DNA of 64,000 bases from Candidatus Zhuqueibacterota bacterium (GCA_049322915.1 JBMOPW010000034.1:188858-252857), one strand, 5' to 3'. Counted from the first letter of the stretch, positions 25,058 to 34,551 are shown. A program made the numbers and translations. Notes: a model not told the origin generated them from the letters alone.

Positions 25058-25687
25058 TTATTTTAAAACCGCTATTTTGATTATGTGGCGTTCTTCGCCG
25101 GTTTCGATGAGGCCGAAATAAATGCCATTAGGCACATCCGCGCCGGAGTCATTCTTTCCGTCCCAGACACTTTCCGTGTGTTCACCGGCCGATTTCAGGT
25201 TTTTCTCAATCAGCGTCCGAACCAGGTTTTCGTTCGCGTCCATGATTTTTATTGTGACCGGCAATGGCAATTCCAGATCGTAGCGAATTCGAGTGACCTC
25301 AAGGTTCGGATTGAACGGATTGGGAAAATTGTAGCATTGGGAGATGAACGAAGAATTTTCTGAAGCCGCCGGCGGTTCAATATAAAACGTGACTTCTTCG
25401 GAATAGTGGCTCTCGTTCCCGGCGTGGTCATACGAGGTTGCGGCGATGTAATAGTGGTATCCGGGCTGCAAATTGCTCACTGTGTAGCTGGTGTCCTGAC
25501 CGACATTGGCGACAGATTTGTATTTGCGCGACTCGGTGCCCCAGTAAACTTTGTACCCGGCCAGATCCGATTCATTGTTCGCTTTCCACTGAAGCAAAAG
25601 CGATGTGGGAGTCAAAGCGCCTAAAAGAGACACGGCGACACATAGTTGCTGCACGACTTTCTTCATAAATTGCCTACGCCCTATCAC
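25058..25687 (-). CDS. Secreted fibronectin-III domain protein with a FlgD-Ig/T9SS-like C-terminal sorting domain
   Basis: Signal peptide, then an FN3-like WKANNESDLAGYKVYWGTESRKY...YYIAATSYDHAGNES. The C-terminus FPNPFNPNLEVTRIRYDL...VTIKIMDANENLVRTL...ESVWDGKNDSGADVPNGIYF is FlgD-Ig-like. It ends 4 nt before the next gene. Confidence 0.65.
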   Translation of the reverse strand: MIGRRQFMKKVVQQLCVAVSLLGALTPTSLLLQWKANNESDLAGYKVYWGTESRKYKSVANVGQDTSYTVSNLQPGYHYYIAATSYDHAGNESHYSEEVTFYIEPPAASENSSFISQCYNFPNPFNPNLEVTRIRYDLELPLPVTIKIMDANENLVRTLIEKNLKSAGEHTESVWDGKNDSGADVPNGIYFGLIETGEERHIIKIAVLK

Positions 25688-25750
25688 TGGTCTCGGGTGT
25701 TTCTCTCATTTTCATTGATTACTATCATTGGTGAGTTTACAGGACGTATA

Positions 25751-25765
25751 ACAAATTTAGTGCCA
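25751..25765 (-). promoter_or_regulatory. Candidate sigma-54 (-24/-12) promoter for the FN3/beta-barrel pair
   Basis: The minus strand reads TGGCAC-TAAAT-TTGT (consensus TGGCAC-N5-TTGC). It is ~65-85 nt upstream of the start codon and directly downstream of an NtrC-type activator gene. Confidence 0.55.
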
Positions 25766-25910
25766 TGAAAATGAAACAGCGGTAAATTCTGTTATTCCTC
25801 AAATTGTCAGATTTTTCTACCGTAACATTTTCAGTGAAGGCTGTGCCGTGATGAAAATATTACGCGCTTTTGTTTCATTCTCGAACAGCAGCTACCATTT
25901 TTTACATGGC

Positions 25911-27266
25911 TTAATTCTTGAATTTGGCAAGCTTATTGTGCAATGTTTTCAAACTGATCCCCAGCACCCGGGCGGTTCGCGTCTTGTTATTGTTCTGAGA
26001 TTCCAGGGTTCGGACCAGCAGTTCTTTTTCGGCCTCTTCCCAGGTGGAACCGACAGGGATGGTAATCACTCTGGTTTCAGAATCGTAATTCAAAATACGC
26101 TCCGGTAAAACAGACGCTGAAATTTTATCGCTGGTGCTGAGTATGACAGCTCTCTCGATCAGGTTTTTCAGTTCCCGCACATTGCCCGGCCAGGGGTATT
26201 GCAGAAGAATCTGGTAGCAGGAGGCAGTGAATCCTTTCACTTTCTTGTTATTTTTCCGATTGAATAAAGCGAGAAATTCCTCGATGAGCAACGCAATATC
26301 TTCAAGTCGGTCGCGCAGCGGCGGCATATCGATTTCGACCACAGCAAGCCGGTAATACAAATCCTCACGCAACTGCCTGGCATCAAGCGCCTGTTTCAGA
26401 TTGCGGTTGGTCGCTGCAACCACGCGCACATCGACTTCGATTTCCTTCTTGCCGCCCAGCCGACGGAATCGACGCTCCTCCAGCGCGCGCAAAATCTTCG
26501 CCTGGGTCTCCAATTGCATCTCGCCGATCTCGTCCAGAAACAGGGTGCCGCGGTGCGCTAATTCGAAGCAGCCCGGCTTTTCTGCGAGGGCGCCGGTGAA
26601 CGCCCCTCTTTCATGCCCGAATAATTCATTCTCCAGTATCTGTTCCGGAAATGCGGAGCAATTCACCGCTATGAACGGCTCATGCCTTCGCGCGCTCTTC
26701 CGGTGGATCGCGCGTGCTACCAGTTCTTTGCCGGTGCCGCTCTCGCCGGTGATGATGATATTGGCGGTGGAATCAGCCACCGCGTCGATCATGCGGAATA
26801 TTTCCAGCATCCGGGGACTCTGCCCGATCATATCCTCATACGAGGTGAGATGTTTGATTTTCAGTTCGAGGAGGCGATGCGAGACCAGCAATCGATAATG
26901 CTCCAGCGCCTTGGGGATGATGGTGCGCAGCCGGTCCGGCTCCACCGGCTTGGTCAGATAATCGTACGCGCCCATTTTCATGGCGTCGACGGCAGTGTCG
27001 ATGCTGCCCTTGCCGGTGATGATAATGACGGCCGTCTCGATGTTCTTCTTTTTCATCCGCTCCAGAATTTGCAGACCATCCATTCCGGGCATTTTCAAAT
27101 CCGCCAGCAGCAGCCCGTAATTGCCATCTCCGAGCAGCTTCAACGCTTCCAAACCATCGCTTGCAGCGTCAACGGCGAAGCCTTCTTCCTCCAGCAATGC
27201 CGACAGGCCAATGCGAATGGATTCCTCGTCATCGGCTATTAAAATTTTATCGTGTTTCGTCTCCAT
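25911..27266 (-). CDS. Sigma-54-dependent response regulator (NtrC family: REC + AAA+ + Fis-type HTH)
   Basis: 451 aa with KILIADDEESIR...LLLADLKMPGMDG, Walker A GESGTGKELVARAIH, the GAFTGA loop ERGAFTGA, and a C-terminal HTH TRTARVLGISLKTLHNKL. Confidence 0.93.
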   Translation of the reverse strand: METKHDKILIADDEESIRIGLSALLEEEGFAVDAASDGLEALKLLGDGNYGLLLADLKMPGMDGLQILERMKKKNIETAVIIITGKGSIDTAVDAMKMGAYDYLTKPVEPDRLRTIIPKALEHYRLLVSHRLLELKIKHLTSYEDMIGQSPRMLEIFRMIDAVADSTANIIITGESGTGKELVARAIHRKSARRHEPFIAVNCSAFPEQILENELFGHERGAFTGALAEKPGCFELAHRGTLFLDEIGEMQLETQAKILRALEERRFRRLGGKKEIEVDVRVVAATNRNLKQALDARQLREDLYYRLAVVEIDMPPLRDRLEDIALLIEEFLALFNRKNNKKVKGFTASCYQILLQYPWPGNVRELKNLIERAVILSTSDKISASVLPERILNYDSETRVITIPVGSTWEEAEKELLVRTLESQNNNKTRTARVLGISLKTLHNKLAKFKN

Positions 27267-27275
27267 GAAAAATCC

Positions 27276-27536
27276 TCAGCTTAACAATGATCGCAGATCT
27301 GTCTTTGCTTTTTGCTTATCGCTCATCTTCATGTACTTGAAATAGGCGTTAACCAGATCCCGGACGCGCTCAATCTCTTTGGCCACAATCTCCACATGTT
27401 TCATGGTCTGATCGTCCATCGACGCTTTTTTGAGTTTCACCTTCAGCACATCCAGATTGAGCACGGCTGCGTGCACCGGATTCTTTAATTTATGGGCAAA
27501 TAGGTCCAGACTTTCCAGCAATTCCTTTTCAGTCAT
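27276..27536 (-). CDS. Stand-alone DHp (HisKA-like) domain protein lacking a catalytic ATPase domain
   Basis: ORF 27276..27554. H-box-like LFAHKLKNPVHAAVLNLDVL followed by a second helix. The likely start M7 (MTEKELL) at ~27536 forms an ATGA overlap with the stop of the hybrid kinase. Confidence 0.55.
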   Translation of the reverse strand: MTEKELLESLDLFAHKLKNPVHAAVLNLDVLKVKLKKASMDDQTMKHVEIVAKEIERVRDLVNAYFKYMKMSDKQKAKTDLRSLLS

Positions 27537-30500
27537 TTTGATCCTTTCAGCCATTTATCGACTTTCCGGGTCATCTCATCCAGGTTGAACGGTTTGGTGA
27601 GATATTCGTTACACCCCGATTTAATCGCCTGTTGTTTATCTTCCATAATCGTCTTCGCGGTCATGGCGATGATCGGTACATTTTTCAATGCGGGTACAGC
27701 GCGGATTTTTCTCGTCGCCTGATAGCCATCCACTCCCGGCATCATCATATCCATGAGGATTAAATCCGGTGCCGTCTGGATCGCCTTTTCAACGCCTTCT
27801 CCCCCATCCCGCGCAAAGACGACGCGGTAGCCCCTGTCTTCCAGGATGAATTTCGCCGCGTATTGATTGTCCGGATTATCGTCCACCAGCAGCACGGTCT
27901 TCTTTCGCGACGACGGCGACGCTTTCTCATGTCCGCCATTCGCTCTGGCAGCGCTGCCCTGAGCCGGGAGTCGCGATTCCATTTTTTCAGGGTGTTTCTG
28001 CACCGGCAAATCCAGCATCACCTCGGTGCCCTTGCCCTTCTTGCTCTCCACCGAAATCGCGCCGCCCAATAACTCCCAGATCTGTTTGGAAATGGAAAGA
28101 CCCAAACCGGTACCACCGGTGTTCTTTTTCTCGGAATGATCGATCTGCCGGTACGGTTCAAAAATGCTGTCGACCTCCGGCTGCGTCATGCCGATGCCGG
28201 TGTCGGCAATGGTGAAAGCAATGTTCGCGCCGCGTTTTTCGGTCTTTGCCGTGAAAGTGATCCTGCCTTTTTCTGTGAATTTGACCGCATTGTTCAACAC
28301 GTTGATGAATACCTGCTGTATTTTATCTTCATCGCTGAACAGGTACTCCGGCAGGTTTTTATCCAATCGGAGCTCCAATTTAATTTTCTTGCGCTGGCAT
28401 AACGGGTGAATGGATTCCAGGGTGGATCGAATCATTTTTCGGAGTGAAAAATAGGTTGGATTAGGTTCCATCCGGCCGGCTTCAATTTTGGAGAGATCGA
28501 GTAAATTATTGATCAGCCGAAGCAGATTGTCCCCGTTCTTTTTGATGATGCGAAGCTGTTTCACCTGCTCTGCATTCAGCTCGCCGGACATTTTGCGCAG
28601 CAGAACGCTGGTCAGCGTGAGGATGGAGTTCAGCGGCGTGCGCAGTTCGTGGGACATGGTCGTGAAAAATTCGGACTGCATTTTATTGGCGCGCTCCAAC
28701 TCCCGGGAACGCGACTGAATTTCTTCGAACAACTGCCGGTTTTCAATGGCAACAGCCGCTTTGTGAACGAAAATTTCCAGCAACTGAATCTGCTGCTCGT
28801 CCGGGATTTTGGCGCTGAGGGGCTCGAATAGCATGATGAAACCAAGAATGCGGGATTTAATTTTGATGGGAATGATGAGCACATCCTGATTGCCCCAGTT
28901 CTCCCCGGCCGTGGACCCCTTTGTCGCAGAGGCTGTAGACTGCCTGACCAAATAAGATTGATTCACCCGCATCTCGTCTTTGAGGTGCTGGAAGGGATTA
29001 TCAAACAGCGCGTTCCATCGGTGCACGAAGGGATTGATCCCGGCTTTGGCGATGCCGGCGTAGGCGACGGCCTTGCACTCGGTCGTTTTCTCTTCCTTCA
29101 TGGCGAGAACAACCACCTTCCAGCCGAAGGTCTTCATTGTCTGGCAGATACTGGATAGCACCGTCGGTTGCTCGACGTCCAGCGTCATCGCTTCGCCGAT
29201 TTTCAGAATCTTGGAGAGCTGATCGATTCGCGCGCTGAGCTCCTCGGTGCGGGCAGCGACCAATTGCTCCAGATTCTTCGAGTGCTTCTGCAAATTGGAC
29301 TGGAGATGCTTGTACTCGGAGATGTCCCGGCCGACACACATGGCGCCGATATGATTGCCCTGAGCGTCGAACAAATAACGGACATTCCAACTGCACAGTA
29401 TCTCTTTGCCGTCTTTGGTCGTCAGGCTGGCTTCATAGTCGTGCAGTTCCACTTTCATGGCGTCGCCGTAGTTCTTTCGGAACTGCTCCAGGTCGCTGAG
29501 GAAATTGGGCAATTTGGCCCGCGTCAGTTCGCTGGCTTTGTAACCAATCAGTTCCCGCCCGTAGGTGTTGATGAAATTGCAATTGCCTTTTTTATCAATG
29601 ACCAGGAGGATATCCAGCATGCCGGAAATGAGCGTCTCGTAATAGGTCTTGGCATGCGTCAGTTCCTCTGTTTTTTTCTCCAGATCCGCCGACCGTTTAT
29701 CCACCATTTTCCGAAGCTTCTCCGATTCGTTCCGAAGGTTGCTTTCAATTTGCTTCCATTCGCCCATTTCGAAAATGGCAATCCGGCTGCCGGTGAATTT
29801 CCCGCGCAGATCAAATACCGGCACGCCGCTCATCATCACCGGAATGGCGCGGCGACTCTGGTGCACCATGTCAATCTCAAACTTGCTGCCGATGCCGGTC
29901 TTCCATTTGTCCAGTTCGAATCTGAATTTCACCATATTTTTCTGATTGAACAGATCCCGATCGCTCTGTCCAATCAAACGGCCGGTTGCATAGCCCAACA
30001 TCTCAGCCAGTTTCTGATTGCAGAAAATGATTTTGCCCTGTTCATCGAACGTGCAAATCCCCACGTCGACGCGATTCACCAGATTACTGTAATCCTGCAA
30101 ATTCTGTTCGCTCTGAAAAAGCGATTTCTCCAGCGTTTTGCGCAGCTTGATTTCCGACTCCATGAACCGGGTGTGCTCCAGAAACGGGATCCACATCAGC
30201 GTCACAAATCCGGCCAGGTTAAGAATGATAAAGCTCTGATTCCAGAAATCGCCGGCGCGAATCTGGAATGCAGAATATCCCAGGGAAGCAATGAAAAGCA
30301 GGATGGCCAGAATGAACCAGAAATAAATATCGAACCGGGTTCTGCGATAAAGCTGAAGGTATTTCACCCCACTCGCCAGGAGCAACAGACCGCAGAGAAT
30401 CTCAAGGCTGTGCGACAGCGGCAGGCCGCTATGCGCCAGACCGAGCGACGCATATCGCAACAGGTAGTTGATAAAAAACAGGATGAGAACGCTGACAAAT

Positions 30501-30952
30501 CCAGTCAGGCCCACGACGAGGTAATTTTTTTTTCGGGACGGCTGCGGCACAATGACGCCGCTGTTGAATGCTGCTGCGGTGAAAAAAATCAGGAAAAAGG
30601 ACAGCACTGCTAATTCCTGAAGGAGCGGCGCAAATCGAGCAGTGGCTTCACCGGCCGGCAACGGAGAGATGAGCAGTTTTGCCACAAGGCCCAACAGGAA
30701 GATGGCCACGCCCATGAGCAGGAGCAGATAGTCCCGGCTCACCAGAAGCAGATGGGTTTTCAGAAAGAAGAAAAAAAGAAAGACCAGAATGATATAATTG
30801 AGCGCGTTCAAATTGGCGATAAAACCGGGATCAAAACTGATGGGAATAGGCTGCATCCATTGCCAGAAAAGCAGCAGTCCCAGAAGCGGTAGCAGGGCGA
30901 CGAGCGTGACGATTTTAAATTTGCTAATGGTGTAAGGGTAGGGATCGTACAT
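27533..30952 (-). CDS. Hybrid sensor histidine kinase (multi-TM N-terminus, PAS x2-3, GAF-like, HisKA, HATPase_c, C-terminal REC)
   Basis: 1139 aa with ~8 N-terminal TM helices. H-box FFTTMSHELRTPLNSI, then ADTGIGM and GGTGLGLSISKQI. C-terminal receiver: VLLVDDNPDNQ...LILMDMMMPGVDG...TKPF. Confidence 0.9.
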   Translation of the reverse strand: MYDPYPYTISKFKIVTLVALLPLLGLLLFWQWMQPIPISFDPGFIANLNALNYIILVFLFFFFLKTHLLLVSRDYLLLLMGVAIFLLGLVAKLLISPLPAGEATARFAPLLQELAVLSFFLIFFTAAAFNSGVIVPQPSRKKNYLVVGLTGFVSVLILFFINYLLRYASLGLAHSGLPLSHSLEILCGLLLLASGVKYLQLYRRTRFDIYFWFILAILLFIASLGYSAFQIRAGDFWNQSFIILNLAGFVTLMWIPFLEHTRFMESEIKLRKTLEKSLFQSEQNLQDYSNLVNRVDVGICTFDEQGKIIFCNQKLAEMLGYATGRLIGQSDRDLFNQKNMVKFRFELDKWKTGIGSKFEIDMVHQSRRAIPVMMSGVPVFDLRGKFTGSRIAIFEMGEWKQIESNLRNESEKLRKMVDKRSADLEKKTEELTHAKTYYETLISGMLDILLVIDKKGNCNFINTYGRELIGYKASELTRAKLPNFLSDLEQFRKNYGDAMKVELHDYEASLTTKDGKEILCSWNVRYLFDAQGNHIGAMCVGRDISEYKHLQSNLQKHSKNLEQLVAARTEELSARIDQLSKILKIGEAMTLDVEQPTVLSSICQTMKTFGWKVVVLAMKEEKTTECKAVAYAGIAKAGINPFVHRWNALFDNPFQHLKDEMRVNQSYLVRQSTASATKGSTAGENWGNQDVLIIPIKIKSRILGFIMLFEPLSAKIPDEQQIQLLEIFVHKAAVAIENRQLFEEIQSRSRELERANKMQSEFFTTMSHELRTPLNSILTLTSVLLRKMSGELNAEQVKQLRIIKKNGDNLLRLINNLLDLSKIEAGRMEPNPTYFSLRKMIRSTLESIHPLCQRKKIKLELRLDKNLPEYLFSDEDKIQQVFINVLNNAVKFTEKGRITFTAKTEKRGANIAFTIADTGIGMTQPEVDSIFEPYRQIDHSEKKNTGGTGLGLSISKQIWELLGGAISVESKKGKGTEVMLDLPVQKHPEKMESRLPAQGSAARANGGHEKASPSSRKKTVLLVDDNPDNQYAAKFILEDRGYRVVFARDGGEGVEKAIQTAPDLILMDMMMPGVDGYQATRKIRAVPALKNVPIIAMTAKTIMEDKQQAIKSGCNEYLTKPFNLDEMTRKVDKWLKGSK

Positions 30953-31010
30953 ATTGGGAACGTTAATAGCCCTTATTTTTATAAAAGTTAGCTAATCGTA
31001 ACACGGCCTT

Positions 31011-31039
31011 AATATAGGTGAAAATAAATTAATTGTCAA
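31011..31039 (-). promoter_or_regulatory. Sigma-70-type promoter candidate for the hybrid-kinase operon
   Basis: The minus strand reads TTGACA - 17 nt (ATTAATTTATTTTCACC) - TATATT, about 60 nt upstream of the ATG at 30952. Confidence 0.5.
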
Positions 31040-31389
31040 TATATATTCATGGTTTTTACTGGCGCATGAAAGAAGCGATTGGCTTTTGGCTTTTGGCTGT
31101 TGGCTTATTGCTGTCAGCATTCAGCGACAGGAAAACAGCATGTTCAAATCGGATTATCCTGTTATCGAATGTGTGTAACCTTGCAAATGTTGCAATTCAT
31201 TGTTTTTGAAAGGCTGAATGCTGTTCGCGAATCGTTCAATTTAGGTGGAGAGAAACAGAAGCGGATTCCTGAACAGGCGAAAGTGCAGGCGCCCGGGAAC
31301 CGATGGGTGTCCGGTTTCGCAAATTGAGTCATGCCAGGCATCCTGACCGAAGGGCGGTCAGACGTGGAAATCAAAATGGATGGACAGGC

Positions 31390-32166
31390 TCATTGATCGT
31401 CTTCCCCTTCCGGCTTATTCGCAGAGTGGCTGCCCCAGAGATAATCTGTTTTCACATGCCGCAACGATTTGAAGATATTCTCTTTGAGCCCGCGATGCTG
31501 TTTCTCCATGTCCCGCAGCATGTTTTTGATGACCACCCGGCGCGACGTCTTTTCAGTCGGGCACTTATTCACAAAAATTGGAAAATTATTTTGAGCGACG
31601 TATTCTTTAATTTTTTTCTCCCAGATGTACACCAGCGGCCGAATGATGTGATACTTGCCTTTGAACAACTCCTGGTTGGGCATCATGGTTCCGATTTCCC
31701 GGCCGAACATGATGTTGATCAGCAGCGTTTCAATGACATCGTCCTTGTGGTGTCCCAGCGCGATTTTCTGGCATTTCAGTTCATCGGCCAGTTCAATCAT
31801 TCGCTTTCGCCGGAAGCGCGAGCAGAGAAAGCAGGGATTCTTTTTATTCTTCTCGCTATGGGCGTACAGACCAATTTCAGTGCGGTCGATGTAATATTCG
31901 AAATGCTGTTCTTCAAAATAGGCCTTCATCCGATCGAGATGCGCTGTGTCGCCGCCGTAAAATCCCAAATCGATATGAACAGGGACCACTGTGAAATCCT
32001 GTGGCAGGAATATCTTCCTGCCGGAGAGCACTTTGAGCAGCGTGAACGAATCGCCTCCTCCGGAAATGCCCACCAGAATGCGATCCCCGGACTGAATCAT
32101 GCCAAAGTCGTTGACAGCCAATTCGACATTTTTACGGATGAATTCATGGAGTTTGTACTTGGCCAT
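31390..32166 (-). CDS. ttcA: PP-loop ATPase, tRNA 2-thiocytidine synthase TtcA family
   Basis: 258 aa with PP-loop ILVGISGGGDSF, CFLCSRFRRKR, and LGHHKDDVIETLLINIMFG. Confidence 0.8.
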   Translation of the reverse strand: MAKYKLHEFIRKNVELAVNDFGMIQSGDRILVGISGGGDSFTLLKVLSGRKIFLPQDFTVVPVHIDLGFYGGDTAHLDRMKAYFEEQHFEYYIDRTEIGLYAHSEKNKKNPCFLCSRFRRKRMIELADELKCQKIALGHHKDDVIETLLINIMFGREIGTMMPNQELFKGKYHIIRPLVYIWEKKIKEYVAQNNFPIFVNKCPTEKTSRRVVIKNMLRDMEKQHRGLKENIFKSLRHVKTDYLWGSHSANKPEGEDDQ

Positions 32167-32178
32167 ATGTGCTCGTCG

Positions 32179-34278
32179 TCAGTTATTCGGCGCGCCCTCC
32201 AGGATGAGCTGGAGCTCTTTCAAAAATTCGCGTTCACCGCTGAGATTGTTGAATCCGTGTGAATCGTCCAGGTCAATGGCGCGTTTCATCAGCGCGTAGC
32301 CTTCGCCGTAGTCATTCTGTTTGAGCCGGATTAGCCCCATACTGTATAAAATCAGGGACAGACTTTCCAAATTGCCGGCCTGCTCGTACAGTTCCGCAGC
32401 TTGATCGTAATTGTCGAACGCCTCCATCAGCTCATTTTTGTTGTTGTGAATATCTCCCATGCGATCGTAAATCTGGGCGCTGAGCGATTTGATCTCACTG
32501 CCCGTGGCGATGGGAAGCGCGCGTTCATACAATTCCATAGCGTGGTCGAATTCTTTGCGCAGCGAATACGCCGACGCCAGATGCAGCATGGTGCGCACAA
32601 GCCCGCTGTTGTTGTCCAGTTCCGTCATGGCCATGATGCTCTGTTGATAGTAAAATTCAGAGCTATCCGGCTGTCCCAGTTTTTGATAGACCTGCCCCAG
32701 CCGATCGTAGGTATCAGCAATGCCCGGCTCATTGTGACATTGCTGATGCAAGTTCAATCCTTTCAGAAAAAAAGATCGGGCGGCCGGGTAATTTTCCAAC
32801 TCGTGATAGGTATTGCCCAGGTACGACAAGGTCATGGCCGCGCCGGCGTCATCGTGCATGGCCTGACGGAGTTCCAGAGCCTGCGTATAAAATTGAACCG
32901 CGCGACTGCGTTGCATGATCAATTGATAGATATTTCCCAAATTTTCATAGGTCAATGCCAGGGTGAGTGAATCATTGGCGGTTTTCATGTCTTCGACACT
33001 GGCCTGAAACGTATCCAGCGCCTGTTTCCACTTGCCACTGAGAAGCAGGATATTGCCGAAATTGCCGGACACGCGAAGCCGATCGGTCGGGTTGTTCAGA
33101 CAATGCACGCGGGCATGCGCGCTCGTATACTGAACCAGCGCGCTGTCCAGTTGGCCGATCAATTGATAGGCGACGCCCAGGTTATTGCTCAGGAAAACAG
33201 AATCAACGCAGCCAATGGGAAACCGGAGACACCGCTTCAAATGAAAAGCGGCGCTGTCCCAATCCGCCCGGGCAAACGCGACATCCTTTTCCCGTTCGAT
33301 GCCCCGGCTCAGATAGCTCTCGGCCAGAAGAAAAGCGCCGGCGTAAAAATCATTTTCCGACAGCAGTCGAATCGCCCGTTCATGATCGCCATGGTGCAGT
33401 GCAAAATAGGCTGTTAAAAAACCGGTCGCCGGTGTTAATTCCGCCAAACTCAACGGCGGAAGGGTCATTCGGGCCAACTGACACGTATTCCCTTTGATGG
33501 CATTGGATTCATTCCAAAATGAGGCATGCTCCGGTTCCTGACCCGCGCGAAAAAAGATAGGCGTGAAAGTGCGCTCTTCCTTCGCCTGCTGCTGGAATGT
33601 CCCGGTGAAAACGAACCATGCGTTGGCGTCCTTTGCAGCCCGGCGAAGCAGCGAATCGCTGTCCAGCAGAGCCGGGAAATCATCAGCCGGGCCATTTATA
33701 ATTTCAATGCGGAAGGATCTATCCGCCGCGTCAGCCAGGATTTTCGCAATGGCGTCTTTGTCACTATCGGTCTCTTCTTCCGGCAGAATCAGCAGGATGC
33801 GGATGGACGATTGTTGATCCTCTTTGTCACTGAGTCTGGAATTGATGTGCCGGGCCAGGTCGTTCACCCCTGCATTATAATTCCCGAAAGTGAATCGCGC
33901 CTGATAATTCAGCGTTTTAAATTGGCTATCCGAAAACACGGTCCGAATGGCCACGAACTGCGAATCGTTCTCTTCGAAGAATTGGCTGAACACGATGCCA
34001 TCGGCGCCGCGCTCTGTCGATTCGGCGACAAGCGCAGAGTCCAAAAGTCCTTCGATCAGCGGTGCTGTCCAATTGGAGTCCACGTGAATAATGTCGAATT
34101 GGGGAATCGCAGCCAGTGAACGGGTGAATGTTTCCAGAAAAAGTTGCCTCTTGTCATTCGGAAAGGATTGTACTATCACAGTTAATTTTATGGATTGTAA
34201 AGCGAAAAGGACAGGTGCAGTCGCAATGTGAAAAAAGATTAACAGCAAGAAAAGTGCATGTGCCTTGTGGTTATTCAT
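32179..34278 (-). CDS. Secreted tetratricopeptide-repeat (TPR) protein
   Basis: 699 aa. Signal peptide MNNHKAHALFLLLIFFHIATAPVLFA. The C-terminal half has many TPR-like A..Y...L repeats (e.g. LGNIYQLIMQRSRAVQFYTQALEL). It is 12 nt upstream of ttcA. Confidence 0.7.
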   Translation of the reverse strand: MNNHKAHALFLLLIFFHIATAPVLFALQSIKLTVIVQSFPNDKRQLFLETFTRSLAAIPQFDIIHVDSNWTAPLIEGLLDSALVAESTERGADGIVFSQFFEENDSQFVAIRTVFSDSQFKTLNYQARFTFGNYNAGVNDLARHINSRLSDKEDQQSSIRILLILPEEETDSDKDAIAKILADAADRSFRIEIINGPADDFPALLDSDSLLRRAAKDANAWFVFTGTFQQQAKEERTFTPIFFRAGQEPEHASFWNESNAIKGNTCQLARMTLPPLSLAELTPATGFLTAYFALHHGDHERAIRLLSENDFYAGAFLLAESYLSRGIEREKDVAFARADWDSAAFHLKRCLRFPIGCVDSVFLSNNLGVAYQLIGQLDSALVQYTSAHARVHCLNNPTDRLRVSGNFGNILLLSGKWKQALDTFQASVEDMKTANDSLTLALTYENLGNIYQLIMQRSRAVQFYTQALELRQAMHDDAGAAMTLSYLGNTYHELENYPAARSFFLKGLNLHQQCHNEPGIADTYDRLGQVYQKLGQPDSSEFYYQQSIMAMTELDNNSGLVRTMLHLASAYSLRKEFDHAMELYERALPIATGSEIKSLSAQIYDRMGDIHNNKNELMEAFDNYDQAAELYEQAGNLESLSLILYSMGLIRLKQNDYGEGYALMKRAIDLDDSHGFNNLSGEREFLKELQLILEGAPNN

Positions 34279-34429
34279 GGGAGTCGTCCTTGTTGAGAAA
34301 AGCGAACAGCTTGTACTAAGTTCTGACAGGTCTTGAAAATAAAATAATAAAGGCTAAAAGTCAAGTCAAATTTTTTAACAGCCTGGGGGAAGTTTTATCG
34401 GAAAGAGCTTTCAGGCCAATGCGAAGATC

Positions 34430-34485
34430 ACAAAAAAAACTCCTCGCAGATGGTTCGACAGGAATTAGCGACTGCGAGGAGTTTT
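34430..34485 (-). terminator. Rho-independent terminator after the PDZ gene (bidirectional shape)
   Basis: Perfect 12-bp stem AACTCCTCGCAG / CTGCGAGGAGTT (34438-34449 / 34472-34483). It is flanked by an A-run on the plus strand, which is a run of 8 T after the stem on the minus strand. Confidence 0.75.
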
Positions 34486-34551
34486 CCATTAAGGGAGGAA
34501 TTATGTCAAAATTATGAATTACACCGCGAGGACGGCCTTGGGGCCATGCCA

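Noticed and set aside
29168-30613. 481-aa plus-strand ORF
   Set aside because: It lies entirely antisense to the well-supported hybrid histidine kinase. Its composition is rich in H/Q/R/F with no motifs. It is a typical shadow ORF of a long gene.
31079-31110. Short tandem GGCTTTTGGCTTTTGGCTGTTGGCTT upstream of the hybrid-kinase promoter
   Set aside because: It has only about three degenerate units and no partner elsewhere in the window. It could be an UP-element or binding site, but the evidence is insufficient.
31303-32262. 319-aa plus-strand ORF. The same verdict applies to 3607..4305, 38022..38738, 39705..40454, 46142..46822, 48344..49045 and 60305..61006.
   Set aside because: Each is antisense to a gene with clear family motifs (ttcA, nupC, NtrC, SBP, hydB, hydA, URO-D) and has no recognisable domain. 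I treat them as frame shadows.
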